From assembly GCF_964355755.1 (NCBI RefSeq), contig NC_092675.1, positions 30,910,912 to 30,974,911 on the forward strand: a DNA stretch of 64,000 nucleotides. Direction: 5' to 3'. The translations under genes were made by a program, and so were the position numbers. The notes under the pieces are model-generated. The model did not search any database. It had not been told where the DNA came from and saw only the letters and a program-made list of their open reading frames with translations. Of the stretch, positions 1 through 19,875 are shown piece after piece (position 1 is the stretch's first letter; each line of letters starts with the position of its first letter). Source of the stretch: Antedon mediterranea. Lineage: Eukaryota > Animalia > Echinodermata.

Positions 1-937
1 CACATTGTAAGAATGGAGGTACCGGGTTCTTTGGATCGTTCTGCCATTGTCCACCAGAATACGAAGGCCGCTTCTGTGAAAGCAAGAAGGACGTTAGTTG
101 TGGCAACATTCAACACGGGTTTTGGGTCCAAGATGACTGTATGACTTGCTATTGTATTCATGGTACTATCAAATGTACGGATAACAGTCCTAAATGCAGT
201 AAGTATTATTCACGGTCTATCAAATGTTCAAATAACAATCCTAAATTCAGTAAGTATGTCTAGCAATGGAGAGACTCGGACGCGATATTTCTTGTCGTGA
301 ATAAGTTGGGGACCCCTCATGAAACGTCACAAAATAAACATGAATATTCTACGAAAAAAAATCGCGAACCGGACACTGATATAATGCACAGGAGGCTAGT
401 AAAGGAACAGGCAATTTTCTCATTTTATTCGTAGAACAAATTTAAATTGCGAATGTATTCATTCTGTTCATGAAAAATTTAACTATATGACGTGAGTTTT
501 AATGTAAAAATTTAGTACAGTAAGTCATGTTTGCGATGCACCATTTAATTTTTTTTTTTAAAGAAGAGAACATTAGTCGAGAGTGGGTCTACATTTCGTT
601 TGTAGTCATTCTCAACTGCATTTTTTGAAATCGCAAATGTTTTGATGATCATCACGTCACAAATATTTCTTTTTTTTAATCAGTCATATTCCCACTTATT
701 GGTTTAAACTACATCTCCCAATACCGTACTTATTTAACACACATTCTTACACAATGTGATTATTAATTCATTGTAGAGACACAGTATGGAATGGGCCTGG
801 ATGAACTTCTACAACTACAGATCAAGGACTTGCCGACGAGGGAAACATCACAAACAACAGCACATAATAACGGCAGTTTATCAACAACATCATGTTTGCT
901 TATTATAATAAATTTAATAACATTTTTAATAATTTAG
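1..937 (+). CDS. EGF-CFC family protein (Cripto/Cryptic/oep-like), 3' part; exons <1..198 and 777..937
   Basis: Frame 3 reads HCKNGGTGFFGSFCHCPPEYEGRFCE (EGF-like) then CGNIQHGFWVQDDCMTCYCIHGTIKC..C (CFC domain). Donor A|GTAAGT at 199, acceptor TTGTAG ending 776. Last exon ends NNGS..SCLLIIINLITFLII*, a GPI-signal-like hydrophobic tail. Confidence 0.88.
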
Positions 938-1726
938 TTACTGATACCGATCTTACTGGTCTTTATATCAACATGGTGCTCTTTGTGTTTTTATGTAACA
1001 ATTTGTTTTAACATTACAACTTTACTGTATGTCCATTTCAGTATTTTATCACACTTGTTTTGTATGTTGTTAATGTACTATAATTTAATGATAATTTTTT
1101 TTTTAAATTAAGCATTTTATAATTTGTGTTTAAATAAATAATAGGATGTTTCTTACTTAAATACAATTAAAATATCTAATTTAAAACAACATTTCATTCT
1201 TTAAGTACAGTACTTTTATATGTAATTACATAATATATGTATTGTTACAGTCAGGGTTACCTTGTGTACAACTGCCAATACTAGGCCTGTATACTCAAAT
1301 GAAACTAAGATGGGGACTACTTTCCTGCAGTGCAATTGAACTAATATGTTTGTTAGGCCTATTACTACGGTAGGCATATAATCTAAGGTTCAGCCATAGA
1401 TTGTAAGAATATTTATAACAACATCATGATTTTAACACCTTTTTCTGTAGAAATATTACAACTGGCCTACTTTGATAAATATTTAGTAGTAATAATACAG
1501 TATATTATAAGATGGTTCAGCCTAGCTTGTGATAATGACATCATGATTGTAATGCTGTATTCTGTAGTCCAATACCCTGGCATTCAATCATTGAAATAAG
1601 TAAGATGGTTCATCCTAGCTTGTGATAATGACATCATGATTGTAATGCTGTATTCTGTAGTCCAATACCCTGGCATTCAATCATTGAAATAAGTAAGTTG
1701 GTTCAGCCTAGCTTGTGATAATGACA

Positions 1727-7549
<5,823 letters not shown>

Positions 7550-9499
7550 CTTTAAACAAAAATATTTAAAAAAGTGAATTTTAAATTTAAAAGTATTTGT
7601 ATGATCTTCTAAATACAATACATCCTACACTTCTTTGAATAGGCCATTTTGCAGTTAGTAAAAGTTAATCAGTTCCATAGAAAATAAACTTAAAATCAAA
7701 TTTCAACAAATACTCATTGACATTGGGCATTCTGACAAAGTCACAAACACTTTTTTTTTAGATTCAATTTTTTTTTTAAATGTCAAATTGAATATCTATG
7801 AAAATGTTACAATACATATTAAAATGGCATTATTCAATAAACCCCTACCATGCCAATGATATCGTGCAATATGTCCTAATTGTCTACCACATTGTACACT
7901 AGATTAGCTTATAGGCCTAGGCCCTAGCCTCTCAATCACAGCTTTCAGAAGAGAGGTTGTAATACTATTACTATAGTAGACCCTTCTTGACCACAGCAGG
8001 AGGTACTAGGCCCAGCCTAGGCCTAGATAGAATGCTTACAAAAAGGATGTCGCGCTTCAGTAATTTATATATAACAGCAGTAATGGCTGCTTAAACAATA
8101 TACTTAGAATTACTAGGCCTAGGCTAGATATATTAGGAAGAAGAATACTTTCTATCCTGAATTTAAAGACAACGACTTCGTGTTTACCTTTTTTTTTAAC
8201 AAAAACACCGCACCGTGTATATTACCAAGTCAAGCGTGTCGAATACAAAGTCTGAATGTGGTTTCACAACACGTGTGTACTTACCGCATAAGATGAGTCA
8301 ATTATTTTAACGTCAAAATAAATATAATTTATAATTTTTATTTAATAGATGCAATATGTTAAACTTAACTAACACTTCCTTTCTTTCAAGATAAATAAAT
8401 TAAAATGTGTTTGTACTAACAGTTTGGTTGATAATAAAATACCGTATATCAGTTATGTAGAAACAGAAATGAAAATTCACAAAACCCCCTTTCATATTAA
8501 TGGAATCGAACGGTCTGTGTCTTGCAGAAGTATGTTGCAATTAAACTTTTATATGATGAATATACAAACAAACACAAAATCATTGAGAGAGGAATCTAAG
8601 ACACTCTGGAATCCCACAATTAACATTCGTTTTTGCTTTTCATTAATCTGGCGAGAAAACTGTAAAATCACAACAAAAACAGCCTAGCAATTCATAGAAG
8701 GAAGGAATATCATGTAACCATGGAGGTATAAACTTTCCACAAACGAATCTCGCACTTTTATCTCTTCGTGGTATTATTATATTAGATCAATCCACATAAA
8801 CATCGTCACCATAAATATCGTTTTCTGCCAAAAGGATAATAGGAAACGATATTAAGAAATCATATGAAGTTGTTAACAACGCACTTACAAATAGGACATC
8901 TTGTTCTCAGTTTTATGTGATTTTATTCTTTTTTACTGTTCGTGCGACAATGTTTTTAGACAATTTTAATGTGTGTACTTTCAGCCAAAGTTTCAAGCCA
9001 TTCATGAGTTTGACAATAAAGTTTATTGAATTGAATTGAATTGAATTAAACATTCATATAATAAATTATGTATAAGAATCCAGATAAGGAGGAGAGGATC
9101 CACATCTACCTAATTTATCTGTGCATGACATTCTTCTTTTATAAAAAATGTAATTATTTAATAATAATATAATTGATATATTATTCTTTTGTCATAGTCC
9201 ATCGTCGTCGGGTCGTCGTGTGTGACCATTGCAATGCCGTGGGAAAACAACGGTCGAGTCGGTTCCTCGTCTTATCGTACCTTACATTCTGAAATACCAT
9301 GCGCAATTCATTTGTTTATTTTATTATTAAACTTATCTTGAAAACAATAATATATTGCAGTAGCATAAAATAATAAACATACTAAAGTAATATTTAAATA
9401 AAATATACACGAAATATTAAGACTTTATTTTATAAGACGTGAATTGATGTATATTTAAAATAATAATTATAAATAAGTAACCTACGGAAAAAGGACAAG
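7550..9499. promoter_or_regulatory. Divergent RTCA/DBT promoter region including an RTCA 5' UTR intron
   Basis: Head-to-head ATGs at 7549(-) and 9500(+). RTCA ATG is directly preceded by an acceptor (ttttgtttaaag), implying an upstream exon; candidate minus-strand donors near 8186, 8284 and 9286. Confidence 0.6.
8560..9046 (+). mobile_element. Degenerate 3' end of a non-LTR retrotransposon
   Basis: AATAAA followed by a (TTGAA)n tail at 9016-9046; upstream sequence decayed, left boundary approximate. Confidence 0.4.
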
Positions 9500-12400
9500 A
9501 TGGCTGCCACCTGTGTTAGAACAAGTTTTAGACTTTCTCAACGATTTCCACGAATACTCACTGTTAGATGTCCATTGCATGTACGGGTAGTTATATTTAT
9601 TAACTTTTGCAGTATATCTGTTAACTAATTTCGATCAACTTTGGTTAAACCCCTCAATTTAACTAACGCAATCCGTCAGGCCAATCGAGCGGATCCAGCC
9701 AACTCAATCAAAGCCTAAAGGCAAAATGGCACCGTCCGCACCGCGAAAGGAAAAGCGGTCCTAGCCTAGCTAGGCCTAGTACTACTAGCCTAGGATAGGA
9801 CGTGCTTTCTTGAAAGGGTCCGGACTGCTGTGTTGGGCTGGTTGTAGAAATACAGTAAATAAATTGTTAAATATTGGGGTTTGTAGAATAAAATAATGAT
9901 TATTATTATTTAGTAGCCTTATTTATTAGGTAAAAAGTACTAAAAAGGCTAGCATTTTGTAAACATATCTGTGATTTATTTGATTTCAGAGACAGAGTGG
10001 AAGGCATGCAAACTCCGCTGGGTATCGAGAAAAAAATTCAAGTATTTTTACAAGTAATTATTTAATTAAAAGATACCTGAACACTTCAAATGGTAAGTAT
10101 TGATTAAAATCCTACATGATATTTGATCGTTCTTTCTTAACGTCATTAGTTTACAACTGTATATTTTGTTTTACTTTTAGTATATTTTGGAGAAGTAGTA
10201 CCATTCAAACTTTTGTTTTACTTTTAGTATATTTTGGAGAAGTAGTACCATTCAAACTTTCGGACATTGGAGAAGGCATAGCAGAAGTCACTGTTAAAGA
10301 ATGGTGAGTGTGTATTTAACAAATCCAAGGAGCATCAATTTTCTCTTCATTTATTGTAGAATATAGTCTTATTTATTTAATACAGTATGTTAATTTATTC
10401 TGTCATTTTTTTTTTCATTTTGTAGGTATGTAAAAGAAGGTGACACTGTGGCCCAATTTGATAGCATTTGTGAGGTTCAAAGTGACAAGGCTTCTGTGAC
10501 CATCACCAGTCGTTTTGATGGTGTCATTAAAAAGCTTTATTATGAAGTTGATGATATTGCCAGTGTTGGGAATGCTCTTGTTGATATTGAAACATCTGGA
10601 CAGACAGGTAAGATACATAAAAAAGGTCCAATTTAAAAGATTTACTTTCATCCAGCAGATAAATAGTAAGAAAAAGTAAAATAAAGATTTAAATGTAAAA
10701 GATGGATTGAGGCAAAATCCCAAGAAGGAAATAAAAGCCTAAGTCAGGGTTTAAGGGAAAAAAAGTAGTTATTAATAGTAATAGTATGTACATTTATTTT
10801 AATGTTATTTTGTTATACATTTATAGAAACTGGTGAAGTAGAAACTATTGAAGTAGAAGCTAGTGAACTTAGTGGTGATGATAGCGGTGTAGACTCTGTA
10901 ACTCAACTTAGTGATAGACTAAGTACAAGAGCTATAGCTACTCCTGCTGTCAAACGCCTTGCAGCTGAGCATAAGGTGATTATTAAACCAGTGCTATTAT
11001 ACAAATACATATTATATAGATAAATAAACATTGAATTCAATAACATTAATTACATCATCCATCTTTCCCTAAACATTTAAAAATGTTAATCAGACAAATG
11101 CGGATTTTAAACTTCTGAATTAAATGACAAATGATAATACATAAATACGTTTAGTTTTGCTGGAAATAACCTAAATATGTCATGCAATCCATCTAGATAA
11201 ATATTGCTGATATCCAGGGAAGTGGAAAAGATTCAAGAGTCTTAAAAGAAGATATATTAAAACACATCCAAGCAGCATCATCAGCTACCTCAGGAGAAGG
11301 TAGAATAAATAATATTTATTTTACTGTACTTCAAAATGTCTAAAGCTCTGTCTACACTATCAAACTAGTTTGACAAAAGAAGTGTGATGTGCCCAAATAT
11401 AGTTGTTATATGCTTAAATATGGTAGTGATATACTCAAATATGGTAGTGATATACACAAATATGGTAGTGATATACCCAAATATGGTAGTGATATACCCA
11501 AATATGGTAGTGATATGACATCAGCTTTATTCATCTTAGTTTACTGTACTTACAGTTTTTTATTTAGTACAGGTGTACTGGTCAGTGGTCAGTAATGGCT
11601 GATTGGGCCAATAATAAAAAAAACTTTAATCATGGCATTTTATTTTATTGACTTTGTAGGACCAGGATTCCAACAACAAACATCAACCGCGACAACAACA
11701 ACAATAGCGCCACCAATCGTCACCTACAGTCCAGATGATCGAATTGAGCCAATCAAAGGCTTTCAGAAAGCTATGGTCAAGAGTATGACCGCTGCTAATG
11801 CTATTCCTCATTTTGGTTATTGTGATGAAATTGAATTGAATGAATTAGTAGAACTAAGACAAAAACTGAAGAGTTTGCCATCTACAGGAGGGGTCAAGTT
11901 TACATATATGCCAGTTTTTATTAAGGTAAGAGTTTCTTTTTTACTTATCCTGGTTCTGTTTTGCTATACCATCTTAATTTCATTTTACATTGAACCGAAT
12001 AAATCAAATTGAGAAAAGATATATTTCATAAGCTTAAAATTCACATTTAAAACAATTTTGTAAAACAACTTGTAACTTGCAAGGTTTATTAAAAACATAA
12101 CAAATGATTCCACTATTTTATTAAAGTTTGAAATGTTAATTTATTATTTTTTGACAGGCTGCATCAATGGCTTTACAACAGTTTCCCATCTTAAATTCAT
12201 TGGTAGATCAAAATTGTGAAAATATTACCTACAAGGTAAGTTATTGTGTTAAATCGCTTGCTTGTTTCCGTCATAAGGTTTTGTCTAATGTCAGTAATAT
12301 TTAAATGTTGTCTTGTTATTTTTGCTTGTACATTATATATTATATGTTATGTCTTTCAACCCTGTTGGTGGTGAAAACAATTCACAAATGCTATTTCAAA

Positions 12401-13456
12401 TCCCTTTTTTTTTTATATGTAAAGTCATTAAATCATACTTTTAATCTTTTATTTGTGATTTTAATTTATGCAAAATGTACTAAAATGACACCAATTTATG
12501 TACTAATTATGGTGGTGAATTTTGTACTGAATATTTGATTTTAAACCTGTGACCTCTGAACTTTGGTCCTGATGAAAAAACCCCAGCAATTTCCAACTAA
12601 TATATTTATTATCTAACTGATACAGGGTTCACATAATATTGCTGTTGCAATGGACTCACCATTAGGTCTGATTGTTCCAAATATAAAAAATGTACAAAAT
12701 CTAACTGTATTACAAGTTGCCCAAGAATTGAATAGACTGATGGAAGCGAGTGCTTCGGGCAAACTATCCACTCAAGATTTGACTGAGCCTACATTCTCAC
12801 TCTCAAATATTGGAGCTGTAAGTATTAGCATTTGTAAGAATGCCATGTAGCTATAAAAATGTACTCTATTTAAGTTGATTAAACAATGTAGCTAAAGTTG
12901 TACGTATTAATGTTATGATTTTATAAGTTGTTGGAATATTGGAGCTATAAGTATTAACATTTACAAGAATACTATTTAGCTATTAATGTTGTGAGTTTAA
13001 CATTTAAATTTGTCTTTCAAGGCTTTAATTGTTCTACAACTTTAATATAATATTTTGTACTACTTTAGATTGGTGGAACATACGCCAAGCCTGTTTTGTT
13101 ACCCCCAACTGTCGCTATTGGAGCACTTGGACAGATCCAGGTATTGCATTTAGAATTTTTAATTTTGTTATTATTTTACTACTGACGAAGGATTTTTATT
13201 TCAGTCTCTATAATCATCTTTTTAACTTTAGTTTGTTTGTTTTTCTTTCCAAATTAAACTAATTTGTGTAAATTTTCACCTTTTTCAGGCATTACCACGT
13301 TTTGATAGTGAAGATGAAATCTACAAAAGTTATGTGATGCAAGTGAGTTGGGCTGCGGACCACCGTGTAATTGATGGCGCTACAATGGCTCGTTTTTCAA
13401 ATCTATGGAAGAGCTACCTTCAAACACCATCTTCTATGATTCTAAATATGAAATAA
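9500..13456 (+). CDS. DBT: Dihydrolipoamide branched-chain transacylase E2 (BCKDH E2), 11 coding exons
   Basis: Exons 9500-(9580 or 9586, donor ambiguous), 9990-10092, 10228-10303, 10426-10607, 10827-10975, 11197-11299, 11660-11925, 12158-12235, 12626-12817, 13069-13140, 13289-13456. Lipoyl domain [18 protein letters not shown], binding domain [21 protein letters not shown], catalytic DHRVIDG. Confidence 0.97.
11341..11522. mobile_element. Interspersed repeat/MITE remnant with internal 21-bp repeats (aaatatggtagtgatataccc)
   Basis: Begins taaagctctgtctacactatcaaac; related starts at about 2383 and 7425; five to six 21-bp units at 11395-11515. Confidence 0.55.
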
Positions 13457-14439
13457 ACTTGAATCTATAGACTTAGTAAATTATTCTGTATCCTTCCTTC
13501 TTGCCAAGTTTTTTCATCGTGAAAAAACCACAAAATCAGGATAAAAATGCACAACAAAAAAGCAATTGTAATGCTACATATTACACAGACGTGTAGTAAC
13601 TGCCATTTATTTATAGTGTATATATTTAATCATGGCAGAGAGACTTTCAATAAATGATGATGAAAGAATGTTGAATAGACTTCATGAATCAAGTTGTCAA
13701 CTTTTACTTTAGTTCACAGAAGTTGTATCCTTAGATATCAATATATGATAGTGTGCTCTATTTGTAATGCTGCTATTATTAGTATGGTTGAAGGGTTAAG
13801 GTTTGGTAGAATTTAAAATTTCAGTGAATTTGAAATTACTTTGAGAAAAACATTTTTTAGGGGATCTAAATGAACTATTTTTGCTAAATAATTTAAAAAA
13901 TACTGCTCTCTTTAAGCTCTCTAAAGCTTTCTTTGATGGCGCTATAAGATTCATTTTAACAAGAGAGATTTATTTTGCACCAAAAACTTGAACTGACATT
14001 ATGTGAAATAATGCAGGATCTAAATAAACCAGCCTGTGCTACAAAGTACATACTTAACTACGTTTAATGTCATTATTACTGGCTATTTTATGTTAACTTG
14101 GGTAGGTAGCCTGATAACAAATGTGGCATGTATATATATATATTATAAATAGTAGTTTATAAAAATATGTGGAGGCCTACAAGATCATGAATCTTTGTGA
14201 TGTTATTCTCTTTTATTTCTAAGAATAGCCAATAAAATTGCAGATACACAATCAACGATTTATTGTTTTTTTTCCCGCATATTATGTATTTTCTGAGATA
14301 ATTGAAAAATTAAACGTTCAGCCATAAAAAATGTCTGATATAATACAGTACAAGTTTTCTAAATTTGTCAATTATGTTGGTCATGTCCTTTTGTTTAAAA
14401 TAAAGTTTCATAATCTAAAAACTTTTAACCAATCATCAA

Positions 14440-14690
14440 TGAATACGCCCGAGGTACGTCTTTATTGTATGGCGCCCTCTCAGCAGTGTAGATCATGCAT
14501 GCTGCCTGGCGCCGGCTGGCGCGCTCGGCGCGCCTGCTGCATGCGCTGCTGCAGCAGCAACTAGCAAAGTCCCTGTGCCTAGCCTAGTAGAGTGTGTGTC
14601 TGACGAACGACTGCCTAGCTGACACAGTGACAGGACAGCTGACAAGTAGAACGAATTGCTAATTTATTGTTGAATTAGAATTCAAAGTAG
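14440..14690 (+). promoter_or_regulatory. GC/CpG-rich promoter and probable non-coding first exon of TLCD4
   Basis: Local GC-rich island 14470-14565, donor AG|GTATTG at 14691, CTAG-rich tract after it; TLCD4 ATG lies 10 nt after an acceptor ending 16505. Confidence 0.55.
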
Positions 14691-15334
14691 GTATTGTATT
14701 TTATTTGTATACATTAAAAAATCAGGCAATTAAAGAGGCTGAACTCTCACTTGGCCCCTACTAGGTAGGCTAGGCCTAGAGGCCTAGCTAGCCTAGCCTA
14801 CCGGGTTAGCTAGGCCTCCTTATACTACTAGGCCTAGGCCTCCTAGCCTAGGCCTACTCTACTAGGCCCTAGCTAGGTAGGTACTACTACTAGCCTAGCT
14901 AGAGGGGTAGAGTAGAGTGGAAGAGTGGATAAAATACATTTTTTCTACAACACAAGCCATGTTAAAAAAGTGCGACTGACTGAGAAAAAAAATAAATTGT
15001 GCAATAAAATCCTTGTGAGTACTTTCAAATTTCTCAAATCAAAAGTAACATAAATAGAATTGGGACTGTCACTGTGTTGGTGTGGATCGGCACAATAACT
15101 TGACATAATAAATTGATATTAACATGAAACCTTTTTATTTGTCTATTGGCAAGGTCGCAAACGTGTACCTTTATATTCTGTATTACTGAAAACTAGGCCT
15201 AGACGCACGTTTGACTCTGCCAGTAAAAAGACTGCTTTTCAAAATTGTTCATGAATGCAAAAAGATATGCAAAAAAGATATTATGAACAGAATATAAAGT
15301 AGAAAGAACCGAACTGAATGAGCAGCCTTTAATA

Positions 15335-15850
15335 TCAATCAATCAATCAATCAAAGTAACATTTATTTCTCTTGTCTTTCATAGAAAATAAAAATTAACA
15401 GTAAAAATTATTAAAATAAGAGGGGCAACATTCCTAAAAAGCAAAGCTTGTATAAGGCAGCCCATAGAAAATGAAAAAAAAAACAGGACAACACGGGAAC
15501 CGGAAACAGGACAAAAACAGTAATGAAGACTTTTAGATTCAGGGTACCGAAAAGACTAAATATCAAAACTACAATGAGTGAAAGGATAATTAAACATAAC
15601 TAGATAAGAGGTGCCGTTTCAATTTAAAAGAAAAACTCTTCTTAGACAAAGCACTTTTTATATTAACTGGTACGTTATCCCAAAGTTTAGGACCAGTGAA
15701 CTTAATGCTATGTTTAAAAGAAGTAGTTTTAAAAAAAGGAATACGTATTTGATTTGCGCTCCGAGTACTGTGGTTATGAAAATTAAGATTGAAACTAAAT
15801 AAATCATTAAAGTGTGATGGCAGGATCGAGTTTAGCCATGAATAGAGGAA
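15335..15850 (-). mobile_element. 5'-truncated CR1/L2-group LINE (ORF2 C-terminus, 3' UTR, (TTGA)n tail)
   Basis: Minus strand reads LPSHFNDLF..HNHSTRS..HSIKFTGPKLWDNVPVNIK..FKLKRHLL*, then AATAAA and a tetranucleotide tail. Confidence 0.8.
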
Positions 15851-16515
15851 AACACTTTGTTGAATATCCGGCCCATTTGTTTGTTCATTTTGAAGACATG
15901 TTGTTTATGAATATATATTGATATTGAAACAATACTCTCTTGTATTAAGCCTGCTTAATGATGTTTCTTTACAGGAATTAATTTTACTTCCCTGGATCAG
16001 GCCAGGCATACCACTCCTTTATATTAGTTCAGCAGATTTATACTTTTATTATGAATATAACACATATTTTTCAGTTGTATATCTTTCAAATTATGTTATA
16101 TCATAATTTAAAGATGAAAACCACATAAAATACACCCACAACCATGATTGTGGGTGTTTTTTTATTGTATGTTATATTAAGTGTACTTTATTTGACCCGT
16201 AGGATTTGGCTAAAAATAATCTAGTATAAACTTCATGATTAAACCTGTATTCAATGAGTAAATAATGTCCATAATATAGTAGGTAAAAATAGTATCATTG
16301 CTTCTCAATTGTTTTAATTGTTGTGTTGTTGTTGTAGTGAAACCAGACTACGTGAGTACTTAGCACTGGTACTTATCCCTTAGTTCCTTTCTGTTTAATC
16401 CTGTATAACCTTTGTACAATACTTGATAATCCATTGATAATGTAATCAGACAAACTAGTTAACTTATCATTAGCTGACCTAGTACTCATTCACACACATT
16501 TGCAGGTAGCTAACC

Positions 16516-19500
16516 ATGGATGCCGAAGAGGAATTTGTGGCCCAGCTTTCTGATGATCGTTTGAAGTATTTTGCACTAATTCTGGCAACATTTTGCTGCT
16601 ATATGTTTGGTTATCTCTATATTTCTCCTACATTGTCAAGAAGGTTTTACAAAGGTTATGATAATCTAAGCGACTTACAGAAAAGGGACTGGAATACAAG
16701 GTTAGTTCTACAATAAATAAAACAGTTTGCCTATAGTATCATCATGTTCATAGCATGTTCCTATCATGCTCATGTTATGCTCTTTGATTATTGTTAAGAT
16801 TGCCTAGACACTGCAGTGCTAGTGGCATGTTTGTTATTAGTAGTGTCCCGTCTTTTGGGGAATATCTGAGAAAATCTGTCATTTCATTGGTACAGAGAAT
16901 GTCTGATAACAAAAATTAAATGATAGAATGTGATGTATTATGGTATCATCATTTGAATCATCCAGGCGTCATAACAAAATGATCCTGAGATGATCTGATA
17001 CCGGTGTTTTTTTTAAAACTTAGTTATGCAATTGATTTTGTGACTACAGTAGGCCTGTGGATGTCTGTTTCCGAAATAAAGTATACTGAATGAATGAAAT
17101 GATTACCCTAGCATGCTCGTCTTAGTCCTTTTTCGTGGAATCATTTTATTACCCTATGAAGTGACATCATGTTCTATCTGTCTCATTTCATTCTTGTATC
17201 ATCATACTGTTGCCATTATCATTATATTCTATCATTTTCTTCTATCTTATAAATTGTAATGTCAAAAACAAAAGCCAAACACTGTAAATAAAAACCTGCT
17301 CATTGAAAATCTTTTTTTTACAGAGGCTTTTCGACTGTAAATTCTGTTATCACAAGCAGTTTGTGTGTTTATATTCTTTTATTTGATGAAAAAGCCAATT
17401 TGGAACATATTTGGTAAGTTTGGATTACTTACGCCTTCTGAATATAGCACACTATAATACTAAGTTAAAGGTTTGAATAGTGCGTACTATTACACGCTAT
17501 GTGACCCACAATCGTCCAATCAAATGAGAGGAATTTATTTAGGTGTTATTTAAAGCACACTAATATACTAGGTTAAAGGTTTGCTGCTGTGTCAATGTCA
17601 GCTATTAGCTCTGTTATGAATTAATAATATATCATACATATACTCAATTAGTATCATTGTTGTGTTGTGTTTTTGTCAGGGCTCGCTCTACTCTTTCAAG
17701 TATTAATATCTCATTGTTAACTGGATACATTCTATGTGGTAAGTGCTATTAACATGTTATACAGTAATGTAGTAACTATAAATAATAATTTTTACCCAGA
17801 TTAAAAAACAGAATAATGGTAGTCTGATGTCTATTCCAATTTGGTGAATATAACCTGACTAGCTAAGGTCTTTGCGGAACTGTGCCGGTGTAAAAGACCC
17901 TTAAGACTGTGTAGACCCAATTTATGCTGCGTACTAAGCATGGTTCTTACTTGTTTTTATGGTGTCCTTCATACTGATTTAATTAACATACTTTCAGTAA
18001 CAAATTATTAACAATTATTAAAAAGAAATATATAAATGTATTTATGTCATGGTGCCTGCAGTATAATTTAATATTAATTTTGTTTTCTCTGTAGATTTAG
18101 CTATTGTGTTAACATACTTCCCACTTATTGAAAGCCTCAGCTATTCTTCTCACCATCTAGCTGCAGTGTGTGCTTACATATACAGTTTAGTAAGTATCAC
18201 TTTCATTTGCTGTTTTTAAATCTGTGGAAGTTTCCTGGATGTAGTGATTTAGTCTCTTTCCACATCATCCATCAACTCTGGATTTTACACAAATCTACAC
18301 AAAACATTGGTGTGTGTAAAGCCCAGAGTTTTGCTAGGCAATATGGAAGGGGTATTAGTTTTGATTCCTCAAGATAAATATGTATTTCCTATGAGTATTA
18401 TTATTGTCCAATCAAATTTGAGCATGCCTTATAAGGTAAAGTGGTATGTATAACAAGAAAGAGAGACATAATATTTAAAATCTTTCTCGTGTTTATCATT
18501 TTATCATTTAGTCATTTTCAAAATTATCAAACTTTTTTCTTATTAATATTTCAATTATATTAATTCTTATATGAAGCTTTAGTTGTATTATATGTTTGCT
18601 TTGTCTTAGTAATAAATAAATAAATGCTTCATAAATATAATAGTATATTGTTTATTTTTCTACAGACATACAATGGTCTTCTTTATTTTGCTAATTTCCG
18701 TGTATTAGCTGAAATCTCAACACCGTTTGTGAACTTCAGGTACGGACTAAGTATTCATGTATTTGATGTCATTATGTTTGTGTTATAATCATGTTTGTGT
18801 TGTAATCTTGAAAGATATAACATATTCACCAACAATGATATACAGCCATGGATGACAAGGGTGGATCCAAGGGGTACCACATACTCCCCCACCCAAACTT
18901 AAAGCCTTGGCTTAATGCGTCCTCCTCACACAATTATATTTATTAATTTATGTTTTGTATTATATTTTATATTGTATTGTGTGAAACAATAAACTTGAAA
19001 CACTATTATTTGATATCTATTTTTTACATTAATATATTAATACAGTATTAATAAAAAGTTGCAAATCTTGACCAAGTACCAAGCTTAAACAAAAAAGTGA
19101 TGGTAATGATCCATTGACCCCGTTGACACGGATACAATTTAGAAAACGTATGGAATGAATGTATGAACAATGTATAGAAAGATAATACAGATGATAACAA
19201 TTTTATTGAATGAATGTTATTCCTCTTCCAGATGGATAATGAGCACCATTGGTGTCAAGAAATCGCATAAATTATTTATCATAAACGGGTTAATGATGGT
19301 GGCTGTATTCTTCTCTGTGCGTATATTAACCATGCCATATTACTACTATAAGATGATATCTGTCTGGAGATCACCAATAGTTGATACACTCAGTCTACAT
19401 ATGAAAATATGTTGGATGTCAGCTAGTATAGTGTTGGATAGTATTAATTTATTATGGTTCAGAAAAATGTTCAACGGGGCTAGAAAAATTTTGAAAGAGA

Positions 19501-19556
19501 ATTCAAAAACACAAATTGAAGATTCAAATATCAGAAAACGAGAGAAGGGCAAGTGA
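16516..19556 (+). CDS. TLCD4: TLC domain membrane protein, TLCD4/TMEM56-like, 6 coding exons
   Basis: Exons 16516-16700, 17324-17413, 17680-17738, 18095-18189, 18666-18739, 19232-19556; motifs DWNTR, GYILCD, HH, YFANFRVLAEISTPFVNFRW, FFSVRI, LDSINLLWFRKM. Confidence 0.88.
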
Positions 19557-19875
19557 GATTAATTGAATGAGAAGACATTGTTTAGTTTAGTGTGTTTATT
19601 TGAAGAAAATATATAAATTATTGAGAATTTAACACAAATAATTTAACATTTTAATTAAATTTTATGCAATTTTTAACAATTCAGGTGCATGTACACATTT
19701 ATATTATTGTTATTGTAATACAAAATATTGTTAAATATTAAAATAGAATAAAATATTGTTATTGTAATACAAAATATAATGTTTCAATTCAGGAGGACAT
19801 ATTGAGGACACGTAGTCAAGTATCATTTCTATGTCTTTTTTTAAAGAAAAAAACATAGAAATTCTGTTTGCTCTA

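Noticed and set aside
11389-11595. ORF with KYGSDI repeats in a DBT intron
   Set aside because: Translation of the 21-bp repeat inside an interspersed element.
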